Assembly (NCBI GenBank): GCA_017410065.1
Contig: JAFQRL010000005.1
Coordinates: forward strand, 23,536 to 87,535
Direction: 5' to 3'
Source: Clostridia bacterium
GTDB taxonomy: Bacteria > Bacillota > Clostridia > Oscillospirales > CAG-272
Length of the DNA stretch: 64,000 nt
Positions 44,955 to 55,473 of the stretch are shown one piece after another (the stretch's first letter is position 1; each line of letters begins with the position of its first letter). A model generated the notes under the pieces. The model searched no databases and was not told the origin of the DNA. It saw only the letters and a program-made list of their open reading frames with translations. Made by a program: the position numbers and the translations under genes.

Positions 44955-47900
44955 ATGGCAAAGAGAACAGACATCAAAAGAGTTATGATCATCGGCTCAG
45001 GTCCTATCGTTATAGGTCAGGCGGCTGAGTTCGACTATGCGGGCACGCAGGCTTGTCTTGCGCTTCGCGAGGAGGGCTACGAGGTCATACTCGTCAACTC
45101 AAACCCTGCCACCATTATGACAGACACCACCATAGCAGACAAGGTCTATATGGAGCCTCTCACCCTTGAATATATCGCAAAGATAATCAGGTATGAAAGA
45201 CCCGACGCAATAGTACCCGGCATCGGCGGTCAGACAGGACTTAATATGGCAATGCTTCTTGAAAAGAAGGGCATCCTTAAGGAGAGCGGCGTTGAGCTGC
45301 TTGGCACCTCCTCGGAGAGCATTGAGAGAGCCGAGGACAGAGAGCTCTTCAAGGAGCTTTGCGAATCCATCGGCGAGCCTGTTATCCCCTCGGATATAGC
45401 GAACACCGTGGAGGAGGCGGTTGAGGTTGCAGACCGCATCGGCTACCCCGTAGTCCTTCGCCCCGCATTCACCCTCGGCGGCACAGGCGGCGGCTTTGCC
45501 TACAATGAAAAGGAGCTGCGCGAGACAGCGCGTGGCGCGCTTGCCGAATCCCCGGTCAGCCAGGTCCTTGTGGAAAAGAGCGTTAAGGGCTATAAGGAGA
45601 TAGAGTTTGAGGTAATGCGCGACTCGGCAGACAACGCCATCACCATCTGCGGTATGGAGAATATCGACCCCGTCGGCGTTCACACAGGCGACAGTATGGT
45701 AGTTGCTCCCATCCTCACCCTCTCCGACCACGATAAAAAGATGCTCAACGATAGCGCGATCAAGCTTATCAAGGAGCTTAAGATAGAGGGCGGCTGCAAC
45801 GTTCAGTTTGCTCTTAACCCCAATTCCTCCGAATATTACCTCATAGAGGTAAACCCCAGAGTTTCAAGATCCTCCGCCCTCGCCTCCAAGGCTTCGGGCT
45901 ACCCCATCGCGAGAGTTACCGCAAAGATCGCTCTCGGTATGACCCTTGACGAGATCGAGGTCGCAGGCACCAAGGCTTCCTTTGAGCCCAGCCTTGATTA
46001 CATCGTTGCAAAGTTCCCCCGATTCCCCTTCGATAAGTTCACCTCGGTTCCCAATAAGCTCGGCACCCAGATGAAGGCAACAGGCGAATGTATGGGCATC
46101 GGCTCAAATCTTGAGGAATGTATTCTCAAATCGGTAAGATCTCTTGAGATCGGCGTTTGCCATCTCTATATGAGCAAGTTTGACACAAAGACCACAGAGG
46201 AGCTCCTCTCCTATCTCGGAGAATTCCACGACGACAACGCCTTCGTTATTGCAGAGCTTCTCCGCCGCGGCGAGACGGTTGAAAAGATCGCCTCCATCAC
46301 AGGCATCACCCCCTATTTCCTTGAGTCCTTCAAGAGGATCACCGATATGGAGGCGGCTCTTAAGGCGGCACCTCACGAAAAGGAAGTCCTCCGTGCGGCA
46401 AAGCTTATGGGCTTTGCGGATAAGTATATAGCAAAGCTTTGGGGCTGCACCGAGCTTGACGTCACTCGCGACAGAAAGACCCACGGCATTATCCCTGTGT
46501 TCCGTATGGTAGACACCGCCCACGTCGGCGCATATACCCCCTATTTCTATTCCTCCTATTCGGGAGAAAATCAGTCCAGACTCTCCTCGGGCAAAAAGAA
46601 GATAGTTGTGCTCGGCGCAGGTCCTATCCGTATCGGTCAGGGCGTTGAGTTCGACTACTCCACCGTTCACGCGGTAAACACCATCAGAAAATGCGGCTAC
46701 GAGGCGATCATCATAAACAACAACCCCGAAACCGTTTCCACAGACTACACCACCTCCGATAAGCTCTACTTCGAGCCCCTCACCGCAGAGGACGTTATGA
46801 GCGTTATCGACTACGAGCAGCCCGACGGCGTTATCGCCTCTCTCGGCGGTCAGACGGCTATCAACCTTGCCGAGCCTCTCGCGTCCCGCGGAGTTAAGAT
46901 CATCGGCACAGACTGCGAGGCTATCGACAGAGCCGAAAACCGCGACGCCTTTGAGAAGATCCTCTCATCCCTCGGTATTCCTCAACCCAAGGGACAGGCT
47001 GTCACAAAGATCGAGGACGGCGTCAGGGTCGCAGAGCAGGTTGGCTACCCCGTGCTCGTTCGCCCCAGCTTCGTGCTCGGAGGCAGAGCAATGCAGCTCG
47101 TCGGCAATGAAAAGCAGCTTCGCCACTATTTGAGAACGGCGGTTGAGATAGACGAGGACAAGCCCGTTCTCGTTGACCATTATATCCAGGGCAAGGAGGT
47201 AGAGGTCGACGCCATCTGCGACGGACACGACGTGTTCGTTGGCGGTATTATGGAGCTTGTTGAGCGCACAGGCGTTCACTCGGGCGACTCCATCTCCATC
47301 TATCCCTCCTTCTCCATCTCGGATAAGGTAAAGGGCAAGATCCTTCAGTATTCCAAGATGCTCGGTCTCGCCATCGGCATTGTTGGTCTGTTCAACATTC
47401 AGTTTATAGTTGATTCAAACGACGACGTTTATATCATCGAGGTAAACCCCCGCTCCTCAAGAACGGTTCCCTTCCTCTCCAAGTCCACAGGCTATTCGCT
47501 TGCGGATATCGCCACAGAGGTAATTCTCGGTAAGTCCTTAAAGGAGCTGGGCATCTTCTCCATCTATCCCGAGGAGAAAAAGAGATGGTATTGCAAGGTT
47601 CCCGTATTCTCCTTCAAGAAGATCAACGGAATCGATGCATATCTCTCCCCCGAAATGAAGTCCACAGGCGAGGCTATCGGCTACGACGACGACCTCTACC
47701 GCGCATTCTATAAGGCACTTCAGGCATCGGGAATGAACGTTCAGAACTACGGCACAGTCCTTGTCACCATCGCGGATAAGGATAAGGAGGAGGCACTTCC
47801 TCTTATTCGCCGCTTCTATAACCTCGGCTTCAACATTGAGGCGACCGAGGGCACCGCAAGATTCCTTAAGGAGCACGATATCAAGACCCGTGTTAAGAAA

Positions 47901-48131
47901 AAGATCTCCGAGGGAGCAAACGATATCCCCGAATCTATGAGACAGGGTCATATCGCCTACGTTATCAACACAAGCGACGTCGGCGCGGGCGAGCATCAGA
48001 TGGACGGATATGAGATCCGCCGCCTCGCAACCGAAACAGGCACCACCCTCTTCACCTCTCTCGACACCGTCAGAGTTCTCCTCGACGTCCTTGAGGATAT
48101 CACGATCACCATTTCCACAATAGACAGCTAA
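44955..48131 (+). CDS. carB: Carbamoyl-phosphate synthase large subunit
   Basis: GSGPIVIGQAAEFDYAG, NSNPATIMTD, EVNPRVSRSS, duplicated ATP-grasp domains and MGS domain. Confidence 0.98.
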   Translation: MAKRTDIKRVMIIGSGPIVIGQAAEFDYAGTQACLALREEGYEVILVNSNPATIMTDTTIADKVYMEPLTLEYIAKIIRYERPDAIVPGIGGQTGLNMAMLLEKKGILKESGVELLGTSSESIERAEDRELFKELCESIGEPVIPSDIANTVEEAVEVADRIGYPVVLRPAFTLGGTGGGFAYNEKELRETARGALAESPVSQVLVEKSVKGYKEIEFEVMRDSADNAITICGMENIDPVGVHTGDSMVVAPILTLSDHDKKMLNDSAIKLIKELKIEGGCNVQFALNPNSSEYYLIEVNPRVSRSSALASKASGYPIARVTAKIALGMTLDEIEVAGTKASFEPSLDYIVAKFPRFPFDKFTSVPNKLGTQMKATGECMGIGSNLEECILKSVRSLEIGVCHLYMSKFDTKTTEELLSYLGEFHDDNAFVIAELLRRGETVEKIASITGITPYFLESFKRITDMEAALKAAPHEKEVLRAAKLMGFADKYIAKLWGCTELDVTRDRKTHGIIPVFRMVDTAHVGAYTPYFYSSYSGENQSRLSSGKKKIVVLGAGPIRIGQGVEFDYSTVHAVNTIRKCGYEAIIINNNPETVSTDYTTSDKLYFEPLTAEDVMSVIDYEQPDGVIASLGGQTAINLAEPLASRGVKIIGTDCEAIDRAENRDAFEKILSSLGIPQPKGQAVTKIEDGVRVAEQVGYPVLVRPSFVLGGRAMQLVGNEKQLRHYLRTAVEIDEDKPVLVDHYIQGKEVEVDAICDGHDVFVGGIMELVERTGVHSGDSISIYPSFSISDKVKGKILQYSKMLGLAIGIVGLFNIQFIVDSNDDVYIIEVNPRSSRTVPFLSKSTGYSLADIATEVILGKSLKELGIFSIYPEEKKRWYCKVPVFSFKKINGIDAYLSPEMKSTGEAIGYDDDLYRAFYKALQASGMNVQNYGTVLVTIADKDKEEALPLIRRFYNLGFNIEATEGTARFLKEHDIKTRVKKKISEGANDIPESMRQGHIAYVINTSDVGAGEHQMDGYEIRRLATETGTTLFTSLDTVRVLLDVLEDITITISTIDS

Positions 48132-48138
48132 AAAGCAA

Positions 48139-48160
48139 AAGCCGCACCGCATTTGCGGCT
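48139..48160. terminator. Hairpin after carB
   Basis: AAGCCGCA...TGCGGCTT; the T tract is weak. Confidence 0.45.
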
Positions 48161-48219
48161 TGTGGAAAGGATGGGGGAAGATCACCCAAAATAAAAACTG
48201 TCGGAAAGGAAGACCCACA

Positions 48220-48951
48220 GTGAAGGACATTATATTTAAGGTCATATCAAACGAGCTGATAGCAAAAAACACCTACGAATGTAAGCTCTCGGGAGATATC
48301 TCGGATATCACAGCCTCGGGTCAATTCGTTAATATAAAGCTTGACGGCTTCTACCTTCGCAGACCCATCTCGGTGTGCGACGCGGAGGGCGGAGTGCTCA
48401 CCATCATCTATAAGGTGGTCGGCGAGGGCACGGAGGCTATGTCGAGGGCAGAGGCGGGCACAGAGTGGCTCACCCTCACAGGTCTCGGCAACGGCTACAA
48501 CACATCCCTCTCGGGAGATAAGCCTCTGCTTATCGGCGGCGGCGCGGGAGTACCCCCTATGTATATGCTTTGCAAAAAGCTTATCTCGGAGGGCAAGGCT
48601 CCCACAGTCATTCTCGGCTTCAACACCGAAAATGAAGTATTTTACAAGGAAAAGTTTGAAGAGCTCGGCGCAAAGGTCATAGTCGCCACCGCAGACGGCT
48701 CGGTGGGTGTGCGCGGCTTTGTCACCGATGCTATGGCAGGTCTTGACTACACCTACTTCTACACCTGCGGTCCCGAGCCAATGCTCAAGGCTGTGTATAA
48801 CGCAAGCGCGACCTCGGGTCAGTTCAGCTTTGAGGAGCGTATGGGCTGTGGCTTCGGCGCTTGTATGGGCTGCTCCTGCAAAACGAAATACGGCAATAAG
48901 CGCATCTGCCGCGACGGCCCTGTTCTTGTAAAGGAGGAAATTATCTGGTAG
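48220..48951 (+). CDS. pyrK: Dihydroorotate dehydrogenase electron transfer subunit
   Basis: LRRPISV, GGGAGVPP, TCGPEPM, CGFGACMGC...C; GTG start after AAAGGA. Confidence 0.92.
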   Translation: MKDIIFKVISNELIAKNTYECKLSGDISDITASGQFVNIKLDGFYLRRPISVCDAEGGVLTIIYKVVGEGTEAMSRAEAGTEWLTLTGLGNGYNTSLSGDKPLLIGGGAGVPPMYMLCKKLISEGKAPTVILGFNTENEVFYKEKFEELGAKVIVATADGSVGVRGFVTDAMAGLDYTYFYTCGPEPMLKAVYNASATSGQFSFEERMGCGFGACMGCSCKTKYGNKRICRDGPVLVKEEIIW

Positions 48952-48993
48952 CTTTAAGGAAGCCTCGGCTTCTTCTGCCGTGATAAAACAAGT

Positions 48994-49905
48994 ATGATAA
49001 ACACAAAAGTCAATTTATGCGGAGTGGAGCTGGATAACCCCATTATCCCCGCAAGCGGCACCTTCGGCTTCGGCTATGAATTTGCCGAGCTCTACGACAT
49101 CAATATGCTTGGCTCATTCTCCTTTAAGGGCACGACCCTTGAGCCTCGCTTCGGCAACCCCACCCCGAGAATTGCGGAGTGCTCGTCGGGTATGCTTAAC
49201 GCGGTCGGACTTCAAAACCCGGGCGTTGATAAGGTCATCTCCGAGGAGCTCCCCAAGCTTCGCCGCGTGTTCCATAAGCCCGTTATGGCAAACGTCTCAG
49301 GCTTCTCGGTCCACGAATACGTTGAGACCGTAAGACGGCTTGACGGAGAGGGAGATATCGGCTGGTTTGAGGTCAACATATCCTGCCCCAACGTACACGG
49401 CGGCGGTATGAGCTTCGGCACCTCCCCCGAGCTCGCCGAGCAGGTAACGAGAGCGGTGAGAGAGGTCACCAAAAAGCCTATCATCATAAAGCTCTCCCCC
49501 AACGTCACAGACATCGTCTCCATCGCAAAGGCATGCGAGGCAGGCGGAGCAGACGGCGTGAGCCTTATCAATACCCTTATGGGTATGAGAATAGACCTTA
49601 AGAAAAGACGCCCCATTATCGCAAATAAAACAGGCGGCTTCTCGGGCCCCGCTATCAAGCCCGTCGCCGTGAGAATGATATATCAGGTCTACGAGGCAGT
49701 TAAAATTCCTATCGTCGGTATGGGCGGCGTCGCCACCGCCGAGGACGTCATCGAGCTTATGCTCGCAGGTGCCACCGCAGTCGAGGTCGGCGCAGAAAAC
49801 CTCGTCAACCCCTACGCCTGCCGCGATATCATCGAAGCACTCCCAAAAGCAATGGAGAAATACGGAATAGAATCGATCGACAATATCATCGGCGCGGCGC
49901 ACTAG
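48994..49905 (+). CDS. pyrD: Dihydroorotate dehydrogenase 1B catalytic subunit
   Basis: ASGTFG, LNAVGLQNPG, NISCPN, KLSPNV, INT, GGFSGPAIKP. Confidence 0.95.
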   Translation: MINTKVNLCGVELDNPIIPASGTFGFGYEFAELYDINMLGSFSFKGTTLEPRFGNPTPRIAECSSGMLNAVGLQNPGVDKVISEELPKLRRVFHKPVMANVSGFSVHEYVETVRRLDGEGDIGWFEVNISCPNVHGGGMSFGTSPELAEQVTRAVREVTKKPIIIKLSPNVTDIVSIAKACEAGGADGVSLINTLMGMRIDLKKRRPIIANKTGGFSGPAIKPVAVRMIYQVYEAVKIPIVGMGGVATAEDVIELMLAGATAVEVGAENLVNPYACRDIIEALPKAMEKYGIESIDNIIGAAH

Positions 49906-49924
49906 CTTTTTCGTGATTTTAGGC

Positions 49925-50142
49925 GAGGACACTTCGGTCGAGAACGACCTCACTTTTCGCCGAATTTACCGTCTTGCCGTATTCATATACTCCTTGCGAG
50001 CATCGCCGATACTCGGCGGCACTACGTGCATCTTCGGTGAGACCGAAGTGCTCGCGGAGCAACCTGCGTCAGCCTTGCTTGCAAGCGAGCTTGCAGACAA
50101 GTCTTGACTTGGTTATATGGCGGCGCAGTAAATTACGACGAA
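49925..50142 (-). repeat. Family D element loaded with cargo 1 (left arm of the inverted repeat)
   Basis: Reverse complement reads TCGTCGTAATTT...TATA[124 bp]TATATGAATAC...AAATTCGGCGA. Confidence 0.85.
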
Positions 50143-50334
50143 CCTCATCCAAAAATCCCTGAAAAAGAGAATTTAAAACGAAATAATTTTTCCGCGAATA
50201 AAAGAAAAATTAGAAAAGGAAAGGATTTTCCAATTATTTTCAGATGCGATTTGTTGTAATTCGAGGTGCCGCTTGTATACAACAGCATAATTAAAAACAA
50301 TAATTAAAAAAATAAAAAGCAGTATTTTTTGATG

Positions 50335-50563
50335 GATTTGGAGCGAGAATCGTCGTAATTTTGTGAGCCGACGTATAACCAAGTCAAGACTTGTCTGCAA
50401 GCTCGCTTGCAAGCAAGGCTGACGCAGGTTGCTCCGCGAGCACTTCGGTCTCACCGAAGATGCACGTAGTGCCGCCGAGTATCGGCGATGCTCGCAAGGA
50501 GTATATGAATACAGCAAGACGGGAAATTCGGCGATAGACGAAGTCGGTCTCGCCCGAAGACGC
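50335..50563 (+). repeat. Family D element loaded with cargo 1 (right arm)
   Basis: 50374-50511 is the exact reverse complement of 49980-50117. Confidence 0.9.
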
Positions 50564-50585
50564 AAAAAAGACGGAGGTAATTAAG

Positions 50586-51281
50586 ATGGGTAAGGACGTC
50601 ATCATCGCCTGCGACTTCGCAAGCGCAGAGGAAACATTCGCTTTCCTCGATAAATTTGAGGGCAAGAAGCCCTTCGTTAAGATCGGAATGGAGCTCTACT
50701 ATGCAGAGGGCCCCGAAATCGTTCGTGAGATAAAGAAAAGAGGACACAAGATCTTCCTCGACCTTAAGCTTCACGATATCCCCAACACAGTAAAAAAGGG
50801 TATGGCAGTGCTCTCTCGCCTGGACGTTGATATGACAAACCTTCACGCCTCGGGCACCAAGGCAATGATGGAGGCAGCTCTTGAGGGTCTCACAAGACCC
50901 GACGGCACACGCCCCATACTCATCGCCGTCACACAGCTCACCTCCACGAGCCAGGAGAGAATGGAGTCAGACCTTCTTATCAAAGCACCCATAGACGAGG
51001 TAGTTATGCACTACGCTTCCTGCGCAAAGGAAGCAGGGCTCGACGGCGTTGTTTGCTCTCCCCTTGAGGCAGGTAAGGTCCACGACAGATGCGGCAAGAG
51101 CTTTATAACCGTTACCCCCGGTGTAAGATTTGCAGACGGCAATAAGGGCGACCAGGTCAGAGTTATGACCCCCGAGGAGGCAAAGAAGATCGGCTCCGAC
51201 TATATCGTTGTGGGCAGACCCATCACCGCCGCGGAGGATCCTGTTGCCGCATACAACCGCTGCTGCAAGGAATTTCTGTAA
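50586..51281 (+). CDS. pyrF: Orotidine-5'-phosphate decarboxylase
   Basis: [37 protein letters not shown]. Confidence 0.96.
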   Translation: MGKDVIIACDFASAEETFAFLDKFEGKKPFVKIGMELYYAEGPEIVREIKKRGHKIFLDLKLHDIPNTVKKGMAVLSRLDVDMTNLHASGTKAMMEAALEGLTRPDGTRPILIAVTQLTSTSQERMESDLLIKAPIDEVVMHYASCAKEAGLDGVVCSPLEAGKVHDRCGKSFITVTPGVRFADGNKGDQVRVMTPEEAKKIGSDYIVVGRPITAAEDPVAAYNRCCKEFL

Positions 51282-51315
51282 TTTTCGGGTAGATCGCGGC
51301 TGGCGCGCACGCCGC

Positions 51316-51381
51316 CGTCTATCGCCGAATTTTCCGTCTTGCTTTATTCATATAAAGCGGCGCAGAAAATTACGACGATTC
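51316..51381 (-). repeat. Family D element, empty
   Basis: Reverse complement reads AATCGTCGTAATTTTCTGCGCCGCTTTATATGAATAAAGCAAGACGGAAAATTCGGCGATAGAC. Confidence 0.85.
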
Positions 51382-51518
51382 TACCTCGAAAATTCCTAGA
51401 AATTCAGAGTTTTAAGAGCTTTAATAAATTTGAATTTCAGCAAATCCCATCTAAAATTTATTAAAAATCGGACGGAATATCTGTAATTTTATAATTAAAT
51501 CACGAAAAGGACAAAGCT

Positions 51519-52169
51519 ATGCAATCTTATAAAAGAGAATTCATTACATTCCTTGAGAACGCGGGCGTTCTCAAGTTTGGAGACTTCACCGCAAAAAGCG
51601 GCAGAAAGATTCCCTATTTCATCAACGCAGGCGAGATCAAAACAGGCGATCAGATAGCGAAGCTCGGCGAGTTCTACGCAAAGAGCTATCTTGACAAGGT
51701 CGGCAATAAGCGTGCCGTCCTCTACGGCCCCGCATACAAGGGCATTTCCATCGCCGTTGCCACCTCCATCGGTCTCTCCAAGAGCGGACTTGACGTTCCA
51801 TTCTTCTTCAACAGAAAGGAAGCAAAGGACCACGGCGAGGGCGGCATCTTCGTTGGCTGTAAGCCAACCGAAGGCGAGGAGATCGTTATCGTTGAGGACG
51901 TTATCACCGCAGGCACCGCCATCCGCGAAAGTATGGAGATCCTCTCCTCCCTGGACGGCGCAAAGGTCATCGCAACCTTCGTTATGGTAGACAGAAAGGA
52001 AAAGGGCAAGGGCACAAAGTCCGCAATGGCAGAGGTCGGCGAGGAGTTCGGCTTCCCCGTCTATTCCGTCGTTGACGTCTACGACATCATCGAGTACCTC
52101 GAAGAAAACCCCGCCCACGCCGATGACGTCGCCCGCATCAAAAACTACCTCACCGTCTGGGGCGCCTGA
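51519..52169 (+). CDS. pyrE: Orotate phosphoribosyltransferase
   Basis: FTAKSGRKIPYF, GPAYKGI, RKEAKDHGEGG, VEDVITAGTA. Confidence 0.96.
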   Translation: MQSYKREFITFLENAGVLKFGDFTAKSGRKIPYFINAGEIKTGDQIAKLGEFYAKSYLDKVGNKRAVLYGPAYKGISIAVATSIGLSKSGLDVPFFFNRKEAKDHGEGGIFVGCKPTEGEEIVIVEDVITAGTAIRESMEILSSLDGAKVIATFVMVDRKEKGKGTKSAMAEVGEEFGFPVYSVVDVYDIIEYLEENPAHADDVARIKNYLTVWGA

Positions 52170-52202
52170 TCCAATCTGAACCAAATCCCACACCTACACA
52201 AA

Positions 52203-52390
52203 ACACAAATAATCAGCATTTTTTCAGATAATTTTGAGTTGAGAAGCCTCGCTCACCCAGCATCAACAGCTTTATAAAGCAACACAAAAAACACAAATAA
52301 GCAGCATTTTTCAGATAATTTTGAGTTGAGAAGCTTCGCCCACCCAGCATCAACAGCTTCATAAAGCAACACCAAAAACACAAATAAGCA
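52203..52390. repeat. Tandem ~87-bp duplication
   Basis: ACACAAATAA starts at 52203, 52291 and 52378; two nearly identical units. Confidence 0.88.
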
Positions 52391-52403
52391 GGTTTTTTCG
52401 ATG

Positions 52404-52504
52404 GATTTGGAGCGAGAATCGTCGTAATTTTCTGCGCCGCCGTATATGAATACGGCAAGACGGAAAATTCGGCGATAGACGAAGTCGATCTCGCCCGAAG
52501 ACGC
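52404..52504 (+). repeat. Family D element, empty
   Basis: Same core as 50335-50563 without the 124-bp cargo. Confidence 0.88.
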
Positions 52505-52523
52505 GAAAAAACAGGAGAATTTT

Positions 52524-53588
52524 ATGAGAAATTTAGTCAACATCCTCGACCTTTCCGTCGAAGAAATCGACGACCTTATCAAGACCGCCTCGGACATAAT
52601 AGACAACCCCGAGCTATACGTGAACACCTGCCGCGGCAAAATTCTCGGCACGCTCTTTTTTGAGCCGTCAACCAGAACGCGACTGAGCTTCACCTCTGCA
52701 ATGATGAGCCTTGGCGGCAACGTGCTCGGCTTCTCCCAGGCGGCAAGCTCGTCTATCTCCAAGGGCGAAACGGTGGCAGACACCATTCGTATGGTCAGCG
52801 CATACTCGGATATCATCGTTATGCGCCACCCCAAGGAGGGCGCGCCTGTTGTGGCATCGGGTGTCTCAAACGTGCCCATAATCAACGCAGGCGACGGCGG
52901 TCACTTCCACCCCACCCAGACCCTCACCGACCTGCTCACCATCAAAAAGAAAAAGGGTCGCTTCAACGACCTGACTGTTGGTATCTGCGGCGACCTTAAG
53001 TATGGGCGCACCGTCCATTCGCTTATCTCCGCCCTCTGCCGCTACGACAACGTGCGCTTTGTGCTGATCTCCCCCGAGGAGTTGAGACTTCCCGACTACG
53101 TTAAGGACGAATACCTTTTCGGCGGCGGCTGTGAGTACGTTGAAACCGACAACCTTGAACGCGCGATTCCCTCCCTCGATATCCTCTATATGACGAGAAT
53201 TCAGGCAGAACGCTTTGAATCCCGCGAGGAATATGAACGCCTTAAGGACTCCTATATCCTGAACGCGGAAAAGCTGGAGTGCGCAAAGGAGGACCTCTCA
53301 ATTCTCCATCCCCTCCCCCGTGTAAACGAGATCGACGTGGACGTGGACGACGACCCGAGAGCAGATTATTTCGACCAGGCAATGTACGGCAGATATATCC
53401 GAATGGCACTCATTCTTATGCTTCTTAAAACCAAGGGCGTTGAGGATAGCCGCTACCACGGAATAGAAAACCCTCGCCTCGTTTGCAAAAACCCCCATTG
53501 CATCTCCTCCTCCGAGCGCGGTGTCAAGCTCCTCTTTGACGAGGAGAACCGTTGCATCTTCTGCGACCAAACCGCCGAGGAAAGATAA
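52524..53588 (+). CDS. pyrB: Aspartate carbamoyltransferase catalytic chain with a fused PyrI-like Zn domain
   Basis: [30 protein letters not shown]; C-terminal CKNPHC...CIFC. Confidence 0.95.
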   Translation: MRNLVNILDLSVEEIDDLIKTASDIIDNPELYVNTCRGKILGTLFFEPSTRTRLSFTSAMMSLGGNVLGFSQAASSSISKGETVADTIRMVSAYSDIIVMRHPKEGAPVVASGVSNVPIINAGDGGHFHPTQTLTDLLTIKKKKGRFNDLTVGICGDLKYGRTVHSLISALCRYDNVRFVLISPEELRLPDYVKDEYLFGGGCEYVETDNLERAIPSLDILYMTRIQAERFESREEYERLKDSYILNAEKLECAKEDLSILHPLPRVNEIDVDVDDDPRADYFDQAMYGRYIRMALILMLLKTKGVEDSRYHGIENPRLVCKNPHCISSSERGVKLLFDEENRCIFCDQTAEER

Positions 53589-53746
53589 TTAGCGATTACG
53601 TCGCCCCAAAATCTCCACCCTATAGTTATGTCGCTTTTCGGGAAAAGCTCCGCAAAAGCTTTAAAAATAATTATTGGTAAAAATACCGTATCGCAAGATA
53701 TCACTTTGAAAAAGGATGTTCTGTTAGTGTGACAACTACGCGAGAG

Positions 53747-53778
53747 GTATTCTGCGGTGTCACCTCGCAAGGGGTGAC
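53747..53778. terminator. Hairpin between convergent pyrB and trpB
   Basis: GGTGTCACC-TCGCAAGG-GGTGACACC followed by TTTT. Confidence 0.7.
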
Positions 53779-53882
53779 ACCTTTTGTTTTTAAAAAACAG
53801 CAGAACTCCAAGTTTAGCAGTGAAGCTAAAGCTGAAATTCCGCTGTTTTTTACATTATTTGCAAATAGTAATTTACATTTTA

Positions 53883-55112
53883 TTAGATTTTTTCGGGAAT
53901 AGGATAATTCTCTATAACGTAATCCATATCCTTATCGCCTCTGCCCGAAAGGCAGATAAGCACGGAGCCCTTGTCCATAGTTTTTGCAAGCTTCATACCG
54001 TAAGCTACCGCGTGGGAGCTTTCGATAGCGGGGATAATGCCTTCCAATCTTGCGAGGGTATAGAAGGCGTCGATGGTCTCCTCGTCGTTGATAACGTCAT
54101 ATTTAACTCTGCCGAGATCGCGAAGGAATGCGTGCTCGGGACCCGAGGAGGGATAGTCAAGACCGCTTGCAACCGAATAAACGGGAGCGGGCTCGCCGTT
54201 TTCGTCCTTAAGCATAATGCTGTTGAAGCCGTGCATTATGCCCTCCTCACCGTAGGTAAGGCTTGCGGCGTGGTCGCCAAGCTTTGCGCCTCTGCCGAGA
54301 GGCTCAACACCGTAAATATCAACGGGGTCATTAAGGAAGCCCGAGAACATACCCATCGCATTTGAGCCGCCGCCAACGCAAGCAACCACCGCGTCGGGAA
54401 GCTCGCCTGTCATAGAAACGAACTGCTCTCTTGCCTCAATACCGACAACGCTCTGGAAGTCTCTCACCATCATCGGGAAGGGGTGAGGGCCGAGAACCGA
54501 GCCGATGCAATAGATGGCATCCTTGTACTCTCTTGCATAAGCCGCAAACGCCGCGTCTACCGCCTCCTTAAGAGTAGCAAGACCGTGTGTCACCTCAACC
54601 ACGTTCGCGCCGAGGATCTTCATTCTCTCTACGTTGGGAGCCTGCTTTTTAATATCAACAGAGCCCATATAAATATCACATTCAAGACCGAAATAAGCCG
54701 CCGCAGTTGCAAGAGCAACACCGTGCTGACCCGCACCTGTTTCGGCAATGACCTTCTTCTTGCCCATATACTTCGCAAGAAGTGCCTCGCCCATACAGTG
54801 ATTAAGCTTGTGCGCGCCCGTGTGGTTCAGGTCCTCGCGCTTAACGTAAAGCTGAACGCCTGTGCCGATCTTATTGGAGAGCCTTTCAAGATGGGATATG
54901 GGAGTGGGTCTGCCCTGGAACTCCCTTCTGATCTTGCGAAGATCAGCAATAAATTTAGACGACTTGCAGATCGTCTGATAAGCGTCGGAGATCTCCTTCA
55001 TAGCCACCTGAAGCTCGGGAGAAATATATGCTCCGCCGTACTTGCCGAAGAAGCCCTCCTTTGAGGGATACTTCTTGAAATAAGTGTCAAAATTGATGCC
55101 GTTAAATTCCAT
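53883..55112 (-). CDS. trpB: Tryptophan synthase beta chain, stand-alone
   Basis: [55 protein letters not shown]. Confidence 0.93.
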   Translation of the reverse strand: MEFNGINFDTYFKKYPSKEGFFGKYGGAYISPELQVAMKEISDAYQTICKSSKFIADLRKIRREFQGRPTPISHLERLSNKIGTGVQLYVKREDLNHTGAHKLNHCMGEALLAKYMGKKKVIAETGAGQHGVALATAAAYFGLECDIYMGSVDIKKQAPNVERMKILGANVVEVTHGLATLKEAVDAAFAAYAREYKDAIYCIGSVLGPHPFPMMVRDFQSVVGIEAREQFVSMTGELPDAVVACVGGGSNAMGMFSGFLNDPVDIYGVEPLGRGAKLGDHAASLTYGEEGIMHGFNSIMLKDENGEPAPVYSVASGLDYPSSGPEHAFLRDLGRVKYDVINDEETIDAFYTLARLEGIIPAIESSHAVAYGMKLAKTMDKGSVLICLSGRGDKDMDYVIENYPIPEKI

Positions 55113-55204
55113 TTTTCTTTCCTCTTTTCTTTTTTTCTTGCGTGTTATGCACGCGTCCTTTGCGTACTTCCCTGCGTTTTACGCATTTTTTCCGCCCGAG
55201 GAAT

Positions 55205-55465
55205 ATAAAAAGCCCCGAGCAATAATAGCTCGGGGCGAATAAATCCGCGGTGCCACCCGATTCGGGACAACGTCCCCTCATGTACTAAAGGGCAACGCCC
55301 CAACCATACATTGTGCAGATAACGGCTGCCTGCCGTCGAAGCCTACTCGCAAAGCTTTCGGTTCGCCCTCGAAAGTCCATTCACCAAAGCGCACTATACC
55401 GCAATCCCACCGCCTGCGGCTCTCTGTGTTAATAACACTATGGCTACTACTCTTTCTCATCGGTT
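55205..55465 (-). ncRNA. Trp-specific T-box riboswitch
   Basis: T-box GGGTGGCACCGCG (reverse complement of 55246-55258); terminator GCCCCGAGC...GCTCGGGGC-TTTTT; Stem I AGAGA and GGTGGGA elements; specifier GAA-TGG (TGG at 55377-55379). Confidence 0.92.
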
Positions 55466-55473
55466 ATGTGATG

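Noticed and set aside
49913-50665. ORFs 49913-50107, 49974-50162, 50173-50565, 50384-50665 with shared peptide
   Set aside because: The shared peptide is only the translated inverted repeat; no RBS or homology evidence.
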